From Lama glama (lineage: Eukaryota): a DNA stretch of 64,000 nt. A program made the position numbers and the translations under genes. Below, piece after piece: positions 1 through 12,519 of the stretch; within the stretch, counting starts at the first letter, position 1; every line of letters begins with the position of its first letter. A model generated the notes under the pieces. That model ran no database searches. It worked only from the letters and a program-made list of their open reading frames with translations, and was not told the origin of the DNA. Location: contig CM052817.1 in NCBI GenBank assembly GCA_028534125.1, positions 42,534,001 through 42,598,000 on the forward strand, given 5' to 3'.

Positions 1-94
1 CAGCCTTGTCAATAGGAATTTATAAGATTTTATGATGAAAGGTTAGATGCTAAGATGAAAAAGGATAGGGTGTTGGACCCAGACCCAAATTTGG

Positions 95-390
95 GGAATG
101 TGGAAGCTTTTCTGGAGAAAGGACCATCTATGGAGAGACATGAAAGAGAAGTGAAGATGGCCAGATGAATCACTGAGAAAGGATTCTGGAAAGAGGGAAC
201 AGCATTATGAATGCCTGCTAAGAAAGATGAGAGCAAGGGGCTGAGGGGACGTGAAGTAGTTCAGGCTGATGAAGAAGAGGCTGGACAATTTTGAAAAGTT
301 CAGATTTTAAGAGGACTTCACCAACTGCCATAAAGAGTTTGGATTTGCTCCCGAGAGCAATGGAGAGCACAAGATAAGACTGCTAAGCAG
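95..390 (-). mobile_element. L2 LINE fragment
   Basis: Purine-rich antisense-L2 phrases, e.g. ttctggaaagagggaacagcatt and gccataaagagtttggattt...gcaatggagagc; boundaries approximate. Confidence 0.6.
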
Positions 391-954
391 GCAGAGGGCA
401 GGATTTTAGGGATTTGCAGGATTTAGGCCTTGTTGGGTTAATTACTTTGGTTTTATCTGAACAGCATGTTTAAAACATGGGAGAACAGGCTGGCATTTTA
501 GGGAGAAATAGATCAATCTAGTTAGGATAACCATAGCAATGTAGGGGAAAAAGTGATGAGGAGAAATAGGAAACCACTTCAGGAGATGGCTCATGGTCAT
601 CAGAGATAACCAGTAGGCAGCAGATAAATTGTTGCAGAGGGGTAGGGAGAGGGAGAATCTTGCAGGACAGTGGCAGCCTGAAATGGTCTACTACATCAAG
701 CAACATGGGTGTGCGATTTTTTTTTTTTGAGAAGTATGTTTTTCTCTCTTTCCTTCATTGGCATGTTGTGAAAAGTGGGAAAAACAGGGTCGTCATAAGA
801 TAGGGGCTTAAGGAGGCCTAAACTGAGTACGGAACCCATTCTTTTTGAGAGCACCTGGCTGGTTAAAGAAAATACCTAAGAGGTGAGGATCTCTGGCTTA
901 GTGTAATTAGGTGTTTACATCCCAAACTCTTTCTAACTAAAACATGGCAGCATG

Positions 955-2140
955 AATCCATTTATTTATTAAATATTTATTGAGTACTTATTATGTGCAG
1001 GGCCCTATGGTAGGCACTGTGATACACTGGCAAAGAAGATACACAACGTCCCTGCCCTCATTGAGCTTATACTTACTAGGGGATAATATCATTAATCAAA
1101 TCACTTTAAAATTATTTATAATTTTGAGCACATCTAACAGAGTCCTGACTAACCTATGTGTATCTCAGGAAGTAGTATCTGGATGATGCTACAGACTGAA
1201 TGGTGCCCCCATTAATCCATGTGTTGAAGTTTTAACCCTCAGTGTGACTTACTTGGAGACAGAACCTTTAAGGAGGCAAATCAGACTAAATGAGGTCATG
1301 AGGGTGGGGCCCTCATCCAATTGGACTGATGTCCTTATAAGAAGAAAAATACCAGAAGTACACCTGCCCAGAGGAAAGGCCATGTAAGGACACAGTGAGA
1401 AGGCAGCTGTCTGTAAGCCAAGGATAGAGATCTCACCAGAAAGCAACCCTTGATCTTCCAGCCTCCACAGCTGAGAGAAAATAACCCCTGTCTGCAGTAT
1501 TCTGTTATGGCAGGTTCAGCAGTCTAGTATGGATGGTATTCTGAAGGATAAGTAAGTCTGTCTTTGCCTATTAGGGCAGGGCAGGAGGGAGGATATCACG
1601 CTAAGGAACAATAGCAGGTGCCTTAGGTGAGGAACCTCAGGGAGTATTGGAGCAATGGAGAGAAGATGAGCGTGAGGAGAGAGAGGCAGAGTGGCAGGGT
1701 CAGGATGTGCAGCTCTGGAGGCCTGTTTACGTTAATTACTGGCTTTTATCCGAACAGTACTATAAAACCACTGAGAGGTCAAATCAAACCAGTAACATAA
1801 TGTTTTGTGATTAGAAAATATGATTCTGACTTCAAAAAGGAGAGTGGATTGGAAGGAGGCAGGAGGTGAGTTTGGAGGCTGCTGCAGAAACTGGGGAGAG
1901 ATGGTGGTGGGGGCAGTGTGATGGAGAGGAGTGGATGGATTTGAGATGTTAAAAGGGGGCACTGACTTGTTTTTGTGATTAATGGGCTATGGTGAGGTAA
2001 GTAAATGGAGGTGTCAGAAGTAGTTTCAGGGCACCTCGACTGGCAGGACACCGTGGTGAATGGTAGTGGTTTATTTAGACAGGGAGCCACGGAGAAGGGA
2101 TACTCCTTGGGCGGAAAGATTACTTCTTTGTGGAGGTGAG
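955..2140 (-). mobile_element. L2 LINE 3' portion, split by the MLT1 LTR at 1187-1531
   Basis: Antisense L2 3' end (catttatttattaaatatttattgagtacttattatgtgcagg...ccctgccctcattgagctta); L2-like text resumes after 1537 (ggaggctgctgcag...ggagaggagtggatggatttgaga). Confidence 0.75.
1187..1531 (+). mobile_element. MLT1A-like solo LTR (ERVL-MaLR)
   Basis: Starts tgctacagactgaat; contains aaatgaggtcatgagggtggggccctcatccaattggactgatgtccttataagaaga; ends gtattctgttatggcag...ctagtatg; near-perfect 5-bp TSD gatga (1182-1186) / gatgg (1532-1536). Confidence 0.9.
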
Positions 2141-2684
2141 GCTAAGAGTCAGTGGGTCTTGGTATTGTTTCAGCGCCCTTTGCTCCATGCTTAACGGGAA
2201 ACTACATGCTGTAGATTTGATAAACAAAGACCCAGCTCCTGAGAGAAGGGGCCTGATGAGCGCTAGGCAGTGCTCTAGGTTTCAGGGCTGGGGCGGGTTC
2301 CAAAGCAGAAAACCCTCAGTGTGGATACTGATCAATAGCTGGGGAGTGCGCTCCGAAAGGGGGGATCTGGTGCTCTGGCATCATCTGACTTCCAGATGCC
2401 AACCTCTGGTGTAATATTAATTTTAGCCACACTCAGCCTGAGGCATTCATCAGCTCTATGAGCCTGGTGGGAATGGCCCAGAATCTAAACCAAGAAGGAC
2501 TGAGTGATTCCTCTTCCCTGAGCCTGCTCTCCAATTTCAAAGAGAGTGCAAGTCTCATTCTTCTGTAATTACTGGCCATGAAGTAATGCTTAGCAGCTCA
2601 TGGATTTATTTACATACGCATAGGTCTATATTGAACAAATATGTGTGCAGAAGTAAGTTATGTGTACCATAACTTACTTCTTTC

Positions 2685-2790
2685 TCACAGAATCCTGATG
2701 AGGCAGGTAATGTATAACCATTATGCAGACAAATAGACTGAGGCCCAGAGAAGTCTAGCTACTAAGTGTCAGAGAGCTAGGATTTGTCTT
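2685..2790 (-). mobile_element. MIR SINE fragment
   Basis: Antisense MIR core ccattatgcagacaaatagactgaggcccagagaag. Confidence 0.65.
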
Positions 2791-3169
2791 GGAAGGCTGG
2801 TCTGCCCTCACCATTATAATGTACTTAAATTTTCTTCCTTTTTAGATAGTTAAGTTAAATGGTATTAACAAGCTACATATAAAAAAAATCAGACGTAAGA
2901 AGACCTGTTTCTAGTCCTTGCTGGTTCAAGTGAGCTCCCAGGACTTGGCTCCAGGTAGGTTCCATTACAGTCCCCACATTCTCACAAGGCCTTCTTTGAG
3001 TAAAAAAAGTCATGTGGCTTTTTAGAGGAATCCTAAGAATAACGCTTGGTAAGTACAGTCAGTGTCAGACAGCCCACACTAAAGGGCCTATTGCTCATTT
3101 ATATGACTCTTAGGTTCTCCAAACCTTGAAGCATCTGTTCTCTTTGGAGAATGCTCTCTTATCCAACTT

Positions 3170-3310
3170 TTCTGCATAAGTCTAAACTCTACTCTTCTTT
3201 CAAGGATTCACACAACTCTTTCCTCTATGAAGCCTTCTCTGATCATCTCATCAAAATTAGTTTTTCCCTCTATGTTCTCAGAGTGTTACACCCTTATTAC
3301 AGTTCTTATT
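3170..3310 (+). mobile_element. L2 fragment
   Basis: ctctactcttctttcaagg...ttcctctatgaagccttctctga matches the sense L2 3' region. Confidence 0.5.
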
Positions 3311-3369
3311 ATAGCATAGCTGGCATTAGAGCTCCCAACTACAATAGTTTAAGGATTCTAGGATAAATA

Positions 3370-3515
3370 GTTTTCACACTTAACATGTCTGAAATAGGTA
3401 TGCATCTTACAGTCAATGCAATGGCGTCTTACAATTGATTCGCAGTTTGTTTTTTTCCACTTCTCTGTGTTACATAAAATGATGGCATATCACACAATTA
3501 ATAGCACCTTAGTAG
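3370..3515. mobile_element. MER104/Kanga-like TcMar DNA transposon remnant
   Basis: ttttcacacttaacatgtctgaaataggtatgcatcttaca...atggcgtcttacaatt resembles the recalled MER104 terminal sequence with repeated GYRTCTTACA. Confidence 0.6.
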
Positions 3516-4889
3516 TTTGTGAGCCCCTGGATTTTGGAAACTTTGCCTCATTCTTCTCTATATACTCTTCATCAATGAATTCAGTGCCCTTCAGAAACCG
3601 ACCACTCAAAATTTTTGATGTTGATCCAAATGTGTGTTCCATACTCTGAGTTACCATGATTTTCTTCAGTGTCCAAAACATTTCCAATCACAATTTGATT
3701 TAAATTAAAAGGGTTTTGATGGGACATTCATTACTTACAAGGTAACATTTATTAGTCTATGTGTTGTGATTGGAGCTTTAATATCAGTAGGAAGAAGTTT
3801 AATCTGACTTCATTTTCACTCCATTAAAAACCTTGTAACAGTGTTCATAAATTAGATCCAGAGTCATAAAAGTATATGTCATAGCCCCAATCTACACATA
3901 TTTGACTACATTTGGATATTTAACATAGTTTTAGATTTGGGAATATCCACCATTTACACATATTAATGTTTTTCATGATTTTAATGAGGGCACACAAACG
4001 GATAAACTGTATAATTTTGGTCTGCCCTGTTGACAATGACACTAATAAACCAGGGGCACGCTGTAGCAATTAGAGTTCATTTATTTGTTTAAAATGAACA
4101 CTTTTTTATTGTTAGCTCATCAATGACTTGCCTTACTTACAAAGAATTATAATTAAGTATCATAAATAAAGTGAACTAGAAATATTACTTTAGGAAAAAG
4201 GAGACTTAAGGGAACAAAATAAACCCAAATTCATAGTAGTATGGCATGGGTGTGATGCTTAAATGCCCTCCTAAGCACGAGATTTAACTCCCAAGACTCA
4301 ATTTAGAATCACTGAAGAACACAGTTGCTAATTTGTAGGTAATTTAATTTGTTTATAGACATGTATGGAGGCCTCAGAGTAAAGAAGGAAAAATAACAAT
4401 AAAGAGATGATTAGTCTGGAGCATAAAGGCATCCCTACCAAATCCCAAACAGTCCCTTTCCTGGATGCCGCCTGATGAAATTTAGGGTGGAAAAACATAT
4501 TTCTTGAATATACTGAGTAAAAATCTTTTCATATGACAATAAACCTATAGATATCTATCTGTTCATTCATTCTTTCATTAGCTTTTTTCTTAAGTATTTT
4601 CTGAGTTTCCCAAGAAGCAAAAAGGAATTGTTGGAATTCTAAGAGATTTCTGAAGCAGTTCATCAAACCACTGGTTTCAAGGATGAAATTTAGAAAATTT
4701 ATATTTCTAAATTTATATTTCTATCCAGAAAATTCATATTCTCTTATATTCTCTTGCATGAGGTGAGTAAAAGTCCTTAGCCATGAATAATAACAACTAC
4801 CATTTCATAAAATGCCAGCTAGCAAATGTCTAGATCACATTATCCGTTATCTGGCACACCTTTATATGCTCTAAGTCAAATTTTGGTTT

Positions 4890-5052
4890 CATAAATGAAA
4901 GAGTATTCTAATGATTAGAGCTCTTCAACAATGGGATGAAAGTAATTCTCAAGCAGGGGCAGGATGACTAGCATTGCTGAGCTAAAGTACTTTGAATGAA
5001 AGTTTGGACAATGTGGATGTCGAAGAGTCTTTCCAATTTTGACTGTCTATGA
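4890..5052 (+). mobile_element. CR1/L3-type LINE 3' end
   Basis: ttctaatgattagagctcttcaacaatggga ... ttggacaatg...gtctttccaattttgactgtctatga follows the L3/MIR3 3' terminus. Confidence 0.55.
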
Positions 5053-8000
5053 CAGCACTTTATAAGGTAGCTGTGGTGAAGCAAAAAGAGTAAAGTTATG
5101 AACCCCAAGGCATGGAGTCAGCATGGGTTTGAGTCTTGACTTTTACTCTAAGCCTATCTGAAGATTAATTTCCTGCTCCAGGCCTCAGCTGATACAACTA
5201 AAAAAGAAAATGGTGACAAAATTACCCAATTTACAGTCACTATCAAAACTAATTAAACAATTAAAAATAAAGATACTGTATAAACTGTAATATACTGGAC
5301 ACCATATTATGTGGCATTTTATATGCAGAGTGGGTGTAGGAATGCATCCAGAAGTATTCTTTAAACTCATCTTTATTAGAAATTTCATCCATCCTTAAAG
5401 GAATCAGTCTGTTTTCATTATATAATCCTGAAGTTCTCATGTTGTCTTCAACTATTTTTTTCTCCTTTACTTGTTTTCTATTTCAAATAGAAAATTTGCT
5501 TTTTATAGTTTCCTATTCTTGATTTCTTTAGGAATTCAATATGGATTTCCCGTCCCAGAATGGGTTAAACTTCATTTAAGTATTTGCAGTGTGCTCGTTC
5601 TGTGAGAAAACTTTCTCTGGGCCTATAGCTCCCTGCTAACCTACAGATACAAGTAGCTGACTGTTTCCTAATTTATTTGGACTTGACCTTTCTCTCTCAC
5701 ACACTTACTTTCTGAAATGATTTCTTGTTCAATGTCAAAATATACTTTATTGTAATGGTTAATCATTATAAAAGAAAAAGTAACTGCTAAAATTGCCTGT
5801 GATTTAAAATTAATATACTCTACGTTTATTAACAATAATTATAAAAATAAAATTTTCTAATATTTATTTTTTGCTAAATATTGTTTTTAGGCTCTGTGCA
5901 GAGTTGCTTTCTGAATTGTAAGCCTATTTCATTTCTGATAGTGTAAGGAGGGTTGTGGGGAAAAAAGAGAAAATTCTTGGACTTCATTTCATCCCTGCCT
6001 ATATATTTACTCAACTCTTATAAGCATTTTATAATTTATAAAAATTGCTCTGAGTGAAAGACTCAAATCTATGAAACAGTAAGATGCCAGACCTGAGGCA
6101 TTCAGTCTCTGTGGCCCAGCAGAGTGCAGTCAGTGCCAGGACGAGAGCAGTGGGGTCCAAATCAGGGCCAAGCCTGGAAACCAGGACTTGGAGGGCAACA
6201 CGCAGCTCATGAGGTGAAAGAGGAGAGGGAGTGGCCAGGATCACTTAGTCTAAAATGAAAGAACAGCACACAAAGTCAATGTCCTTTAGGCAGGATGAAG
6301 CAAGGGCGAGTCAGAGAGGAGGCGACACATAAAGCCTGGGAGGGGGACATGTTGAATCAGGACAAATTATCAAGAGATAGTGTTAAGTCCTAGCCCTGGT
6401 TCTGCTGTTCAACAACAGATCAGCATGCTTACAGTCACCTGTCCAAGACTGGCAGCATCCCTAAACAAGCTCTGCAATAGGATAAAACACAGTAAAGGAG
6501 CAAAAATTATGCTTAGATGTATAAACTCGATTCCTCCAAGACACCATCCTATCAGCTCCACCTCGGTCGGGGTAGACTACATTGCTTCAGGAACAACATC
6601 CAATTGTGGCAGGAACCAGGGAATTCCGCTGACCTGAAATAGGCCCCGAGACCACATGTTCAAGTTCCACAAAGGAGCAAATCACCCAGTGTAAACTCCT
6701 TATACCTTGAAGCACTAAAATGAAGTTAGCATTTTTCACAGGAAGATAACTGTAAAAATCCTACAACAGAAGTCTAGCTCTTCTCTTTGAAAAAATGGGC
6801 TAGTAATTTCACATACTTAAAGAAAAAAAATGAGCATGAGGATTCTGTTTTGGATTCTTCTAGGACCAGAGCGCCTGTACTTTCCCACCAAACTGATTAA
6901 TCTCTCTAAACAATACGTACTTGTCATCAGTTTACAATGTAGTGTCATCAAGTTATTTCACATTGATTCTTTCTCATGTCGCTTCCACGTCGTTAGTGAT
7001 GTGGTGCCTGCTAGAAATGCCACAGTGAACAGGCTATCTGAATCTTAAAAATAAACTCTTGTTGGCAAGGGTTTGTAGCTGCAATTTGGGGTGGAATTTT
7101 GTGTTTTTGTATCTATGATGAATTAGTTGTACAGAGTTCTCATGCAAGGAGAGAATGAAAAAGCAAAAGCCATAATTAGATCACTTTTTTTAATCTCAAA
7201 ATATGGCATTTTAAGATAATTCTTTAATCTGCCATAAACTTATAACTAAACATGTTACCATCTTATTTTCTTTGCATGATATTTTTATTATAATTATTTG
7301 TGACCTCTTTTCTCTTATTTATTATTTAAAATACGTACACTTACAAACTGGACTTTGTCTTTAATGATCACTTAAAGAGTAAAATGAATGTATCGCTATA
7401 TTAAGCAAGCCCTACTCAAACACTCTTACATAGATTATAAATCTATTAGTGAGAATTACTATTGAAGTTTAGAGATAGTCTTAAAATGCAAGTGGTAGCC
7501 AATGAAACATAAACTCATTTTATCGTAATTAAATTAGATACATGTATTATTAATAATGTTTGAGGGATAAAAGGTTACTTGTCCAAGACTGGTCCCCACC
7601 AGGCTCCCAGAAGAGGAGCTGACCACCTACAGATCACCTAGAAAACTAGCCACTGCCCTGTCCTTAAAGTCACAGATCTTGGTCAAGCCAAGCCTGGAAC
7701 CGCCACCCTCCTCATCACACCAGATGAGGGGGAGAGCTTCCCCAAACAGAAACGCTGATGTGGCAGCAATCCTGCCTTGTCATTCAGCTCCACTGGGACC
7801 CAGCCCCCTGATCGCACCAGAGCTGGGGCCTCTGGTCTCCCCACAGAAGCACTCGTTTGCTGGCCAAGTAAGGCTAGAGCAAAGATTCCTCCACACCACA
7901 CTGCTAACACATCCCAGTCCCTGCTCAGGCAGGCAGTGGATGGATGTTCTGTAATTATGCTCTTAAGAGCCCCTACGATCTGAAAGACAAAGCCTTTCTC

Positions 8001-8184
8001 CCCGGGTTGGAAGTCTGACTTGGCTAGACTTCTGGGACTGCCCAAGAGTGCATGGACAACCAGGGTCCCACATCAGGATCTGCTGCTGTTCCTGTCTCCA
8101 AGTTTTTTTTCCCCAAAATGCAGCTCTGGCAGGCCTGGTGTGCGTGCTGTCTCGCTATGTGCTCTGTTGGCATGACAACAAGGA

Positions 8185-8395
8185 CAATAAACAACAGCTA
8201 CTTCATAGTAACTGTTTACTGGGCTAAAGCCTATTAGCCTTCACAATAACCCAAAGAAGTAATGAAATTATCTTTATTTTAAAGGTGGAAATGAAAGACA
8301 AAGGAGGTTAATTAACTTGACCTCATCTACTTAGAGAATAACTATACTATAGATCAGATTTTAAATTCATATTGGACCTTAAAGCCTTTGCTCTG
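8185..8395 (-). mobile_element. MIR SINE
   Basis: ccttcacaataaccc...attttaaaggtggaaatgaaagacaaaggaggttaattaacttg...aaagcctttgctct. Confidence 0.65.
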
Positions 8396-8583
8396 AGTCT
8401 GTATAGTATTACTTCAATTATTCAAACTGTTGAAATGGGGAAAACCTAACTCCTTTGTTAACTAAGTCTAAAACCATCCTTAAAACACTGTTGACAAAAC
8501 AAAGTTTACTGCAATGGCTGAAATGTCACAGAGTGCTGGTAGAGGTCAGGTGTTTGAACTTGTCTTGAGTAGCAAGAGAGAGG

Positions 8584-9355
8584 CAGATGCCTGCCTCTAA
8601 CATATGTGGGCCTGGAACAAAAGAACACATGGAGGCTGACATAACACATGCTTAATATTTAAAGTTTATAAATCAAGCTAACAATTCATAAATAGAACAT
8701 GTTCTGTCCTCCTACCTTGGTAAGTGTACCTTAATAGAAATGAGATCTATATATACATGTATCTTATGAATACAGTTATTTTTTATATGACTGCAACTCA
8801 GCAAAGTACCCAAGATAGCTGAGTTGAATTATTACTGTCCTTGTCTGAAAGTCCTCTTTAGGCTTGTGATGCTCGAGCAAATAATAAAATAAAGAGATAC
8901 ATAGTTACGTATTATATGTATTCATTAAGTATTATATGTTTGATAAAATTTATTTTTGCTTTCATTTCAGGATAACTACAAGGTATGTTGCTATAATCAA
9001 TATTTGCACATAATTTGGGTTTTATTTACAGCAATGGTAGATTAGCAATTCTTTTTCAAGATGTTGTAGCTCTTTGATGGATCATTTCAATTAATTTTCA
9101 TTCAGAGAATCTTCATTTTTCTGAGTTGCACTTGAAATTTTTAATGCTATTTTAAAGACATTCCTTATATTTGGAAATCAACCATGAATGTTACAAATCA
9201 CTTTTAATGTAATGGGTCATATATAATAAATTATTATCACAGAAATTATTGCAAAATATTTTAAGTGTAGCATATAAATCACTATCAACTAGATAGCAAT
9301 TTTACCTCTTCTTAAAGCAATAACTAGGTCTATACAGTATTTAAGTTCTGCTTTA
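8584..9355 (-). mobile_element. hAT DNA transposon fossil (Tip100/Zaphod-like) with a degraded transposase C-terminus
   Basis: My manual minus-strand translation of 9177-8945, with one frameshift, gives FPNIRNVFKIALKI...RFSE*KLIEMIHQRATTS*KRIANLPLL*IKPKLCANIDYSNI...EMKAKINF. This follows the hATC dimerisation-domain pattern. Confidence 0.8.
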
Positions 9356-9358
9356 AGG

Positions 9359-9453
9359 TTTTTCTTTTCTTTTTTTTTAACATTTTTTATTCATTTATAA
9401 TCATTTTACAATGTTGTGTCAAATTCCAGTGTTCAGCACAATTTTTCAGTCAT
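9359..9453 (-). mobile_element. Young L1 3' end with poly(A) tail, running into a gap
   Basis: T-rich tail then aacattttttattcatttataatcattttacaatgttgtgtcaaattccagtgttcagcacaatttttcagtcat, an antisense L1 3'UTR terminus. Confidence 0.8.
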
Positions 9454-9953
9454 NNNNNNNNNNNNNNNNNNNNNNNNNNNNNNNNNNNNNNNNNNNNNNN
9501 NNNNNNNNNNNNNNNNNNNNNNNNNNNNNNNNNNNNNNNNNNNNNNNNNNNNNNNNNNNNNNNNNNNNNNNNNNNNNNNNNNNNNNNNNNNNNNNNNNNN
9601 NNNNNNNNNNNNNNNNNNNNNNNNNNNNNNNNNNNNNNNNNNNNNNNNNNNNNNNNNNNNNNNNNNNNNNNNNNNNNNNNNNNNNNNNNNNNNNNNNNNN
9701 NNNNNNNNNNNNNNNNNNNNNNNNNNNNNNNNNNNNNNNNNNNNNNNNNNNNNNNNNNNNNNNNNNNNNNNNNNNNNNNNNNNNNNNNNNNNNNNNNNNN
9801 NNNNNNNNNNNNNNNNNNNNNNNNNNNNNNNNNNNNNNNNNNNNNNNNNNNNNNNNNNNNNNNNNNNNNNNNNNNNNNNNNNNNNNNNNNNNNNNNNNNN
9901 NNNNNNNNNNNNNNNNNNNNNNNNNNNNNNNNNNNNNNNNNNNNNNNNNNNNN
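9454..9953. other. Assembly gap (500 N)
   Basis: Run of N. Confidence 1.
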
Positions 9954-10100
9954 AAGAAATCTAACAAATTGGATTAAAGGTTTAAATATAAGACCCAACA
10001 ACTGTAAAACTACTAGAAGAAAATGTAGAGGAAAAGGTTCGTGACATTGGTCTTGGCAATAAACTTTTGGGTATAACACCAAAACCATAAGCAACAAAAG
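9954..10100 (+). mobile_element. Older L1 ORF2 fragment
   Basis: Translates, with one frameshift and a stop, as WIKGLNIRP/TVKLLEENVEEKVRDIGLGNKLLGITPKP*ATK, i.e. the L1 ORF2 C-terminal region. Confidence 0.85.
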
Positions 10101-10457
10101 ACAGTCTTTTCAGCAAGTGGTGTTGGGAAAACTGGACAGCAGCATGTAAAATAATGAAGCTAGAACACTCCCTTACACCATATACAAAAATCAACTCAAA
10201 ATGGATCAAAGACTTAAACATAAGACAAGATACAATAAACCTCCTAGAGGAAAACATAGGCAAAACATTATCTGACATACATCTCAAAAATTTTCTCCTA
10301 GAAGAAATAAAAGCAAGAATAAACAAATGGGACCTAATGAAACTTACAAGCTTCTGCACAGCAAAGGAAACCGTAAGTAAAACAAAAAGACAACCTACGG
10401 AATGGGAGAAAATTTTTGCAAATGAAACCGACAAAGGCTTGATCTCCAGAATATATA
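10096..10457 (+). mobile_element. Young L1 ORF2 fragment (uninterrupted frame)
   Basis: About 120 open codons: [13 protein letters not shown]...[17 protein letters not shown]...[18 protein letters not shown]...[12 protein letters not shown]...GLISRIY. Confidence 0.95.
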
Positions 10458-10557
10458 NNNNNNNNNNNNNNNNNNNNNNNNNNNNNNNNNNNNNNNNNNN
10501 NNNNNNNNNNNNNNNNNNNNNNNNNNNNNNNNNNNNNNNNNNNNNNNNNNNNNNNNN
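10458..10557. other. Assembly gap (100 N)
   Basis: Run of N. Confidence 1.
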
Positions 10558-10649
10558 CCACCCCTGCAGTACAGAGCAGAGTGCAGAAGGCTGAGTAGAT
10601 CTGAAGACCTATTACAGGGACACTGTGCAGCTGTGAAGATGCGGCTGAG

Positions 10650-11141
10650 TGTCCTCACAAAACGCACTACCCCAGTCTTCCTTACTGACTGATCCAAACT
10701 TTGTTTGAAAGTAAAAACTACTAAGTTACTCCATATCCCTTGAAGCTAGGGATGGCTGTGTGTCACAGCGCAGGCCAGTGAGATGTAGGCAGAAGTCTCA
10801 GGGAAGACTGTCTCTTCCTTCCTAATTAAAGAGACAAAGCTACACTGGGAGAAAGACATTTTGTCCTTTCCCCCTTCCTCTTCTTCATGCCTGGGACATG
10901 AAGCCTGAAACTGGAAGCCTGGAAGGGCAATAGCCATCTGGTGACCACGATCTGAAAAGCATGAGGACAAAAGACAGTATGTTAAGATGACTCCGTGGAA
11001 GGAGATTCTGGGTCCCTGTTATGCCAGTCTGGACTGCCTCCCCCTAGGTTTCTGGTTGTGCAAGAAAAATAAAACCCCCTCTTTTCAAACCACTCTTAGT
11101 CAGATTTTCTGTTATTTGCAGCTAAATTCGCTCCTGTTACA
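10650..11141 (+). mobile_element. MLT1 (I/J-like) solo LTR
   Basis: ccttgaagctagggatggc...ggccagtgagatgtaggcagaagt, gccatct, aaaaataaaacccc...aaaccact...ttttctgttatttgcagctaaa...taca. Confidence 0.8.
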
Positions 11142-12519
11142 GCAGCCATTAAAAGAATAAAAGAGAGTTAAACTAGAGACTCGGAGTTTTATCTTATCAG
11201 AGCAGCACCCATCTATAACATAATACCTCTCAGCACTAAGCATTTAGCCCAGTTTCGTGCACCAAGCGCACTGAAAAACAAAGCCAAGCACTCTGGCAGG
11301 ACATACCAATATTTTAATCATGCACAGAGACACGATTCTGTGGCCTGAGACAAACTATCTGGAGAGTATGGAGGCCACTCAGTGCGCAGAACAGTTTTAA
11401 CAGGTGCAGGAAAACAAGCCAAATGGAAATGGGCTGAGGCTGAAGGCAGTTCTCTGTATCTTATCCAAAAAAGTGTCTGGGAATTACTGACCAGTGTAAA
11501 TGCTCATGGCTCTGGTTTCAAATCTTGCCCAAGAGGAGAAATAAGTCTTGTCACAACAAAGTCTCCAAGGACCTTTCTGGCAGATATTGCACATATTTTC
11601 CAGAAGGAACAGTTTTCTGGGTCAAGTCACATTTATATTATACGGACAGAGACATGAATGCCTTATTTAAATAGCAATGCACAATGTGATAAGTGCTAAT
11701 ATTTCTGACAAGTGTTAAAATTTAAAATTTAAAGCCTTGTGGGGTAACATCTCTTTCTCTTGGTGGTACATACATAATTTTATCGTCAAGTACCAGGAGC
11801 AGTACCTCTGGGCTTGAACTGAATAGTCTGGGGATAGGAGAACTATGAGACGTATCTAAGTAACAGTAACCCAAACCAATGGATCACATCCTGTACTAAT
11901 GTGCAAAAGAGACAACTTTCCATAATTTTCAGACAGAGACAGTATAATGCTGTTTGATACGAAAAAAAAAGATGCTGTACAAGATGCTTTTATGAGCCCT
12001 GTTAATATGGAAAGTGGAACATCAGAATACACACTGCACACAGACACACACACACCGCCCTGGTAATCATCCCTCTATAATGCTCACTTATTTTATACTT
12101 CAAACCCAGTGTTCTCTCTAGCTTTAACATGAGTCCCATTTGGAAACCAACTCAGCCAACATTTATATGGGAGACAATCAACCCTAAATGATGTAAGAAA
12201 CTGTATTCTCAGAGATCATAATTTCTGGATGTAAAATATCTAGAGGAAAAAATTTAAAGTCTATTCTTGCCAATGACAAAAACAATGAATATGACTAAAT
12301 TTGACTAATATGTGAATCAAAACACATTTGACTGGTGTGTTTAATACAATAATAACCACATGGAGAAGTAATTTGTGAGGAAACACTCATTTTAGACAAG
12401 AAATGGTTGACTTAGTTTTCATACTCTCTAAAACTCTAAAAATTTATATCAGAGGCATAAACATAGTGAATTGCAGAGGAGGATTCATCTTCTAGCCTGA
12501 GATGGGTAGCCTAACTCAT

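Noticed and set aside
2172..2190. CTCF-like cagcgccctttgctcc
   Set aside because: It mismatches at two near-invariant core positions.
7560..8170. GC-richer block with overlapping 68-120 aa ORFs
   Set aside because: Few CpGs, no recognisable domain and no convincing splice sites; ORF length is explained by GC content.
9411..10697. Longest ORFs in the track (146-215 aa)
   Set aside because: They are read-through of N gaps, or L1 ORF2 and its antisense frame; none is a gene.
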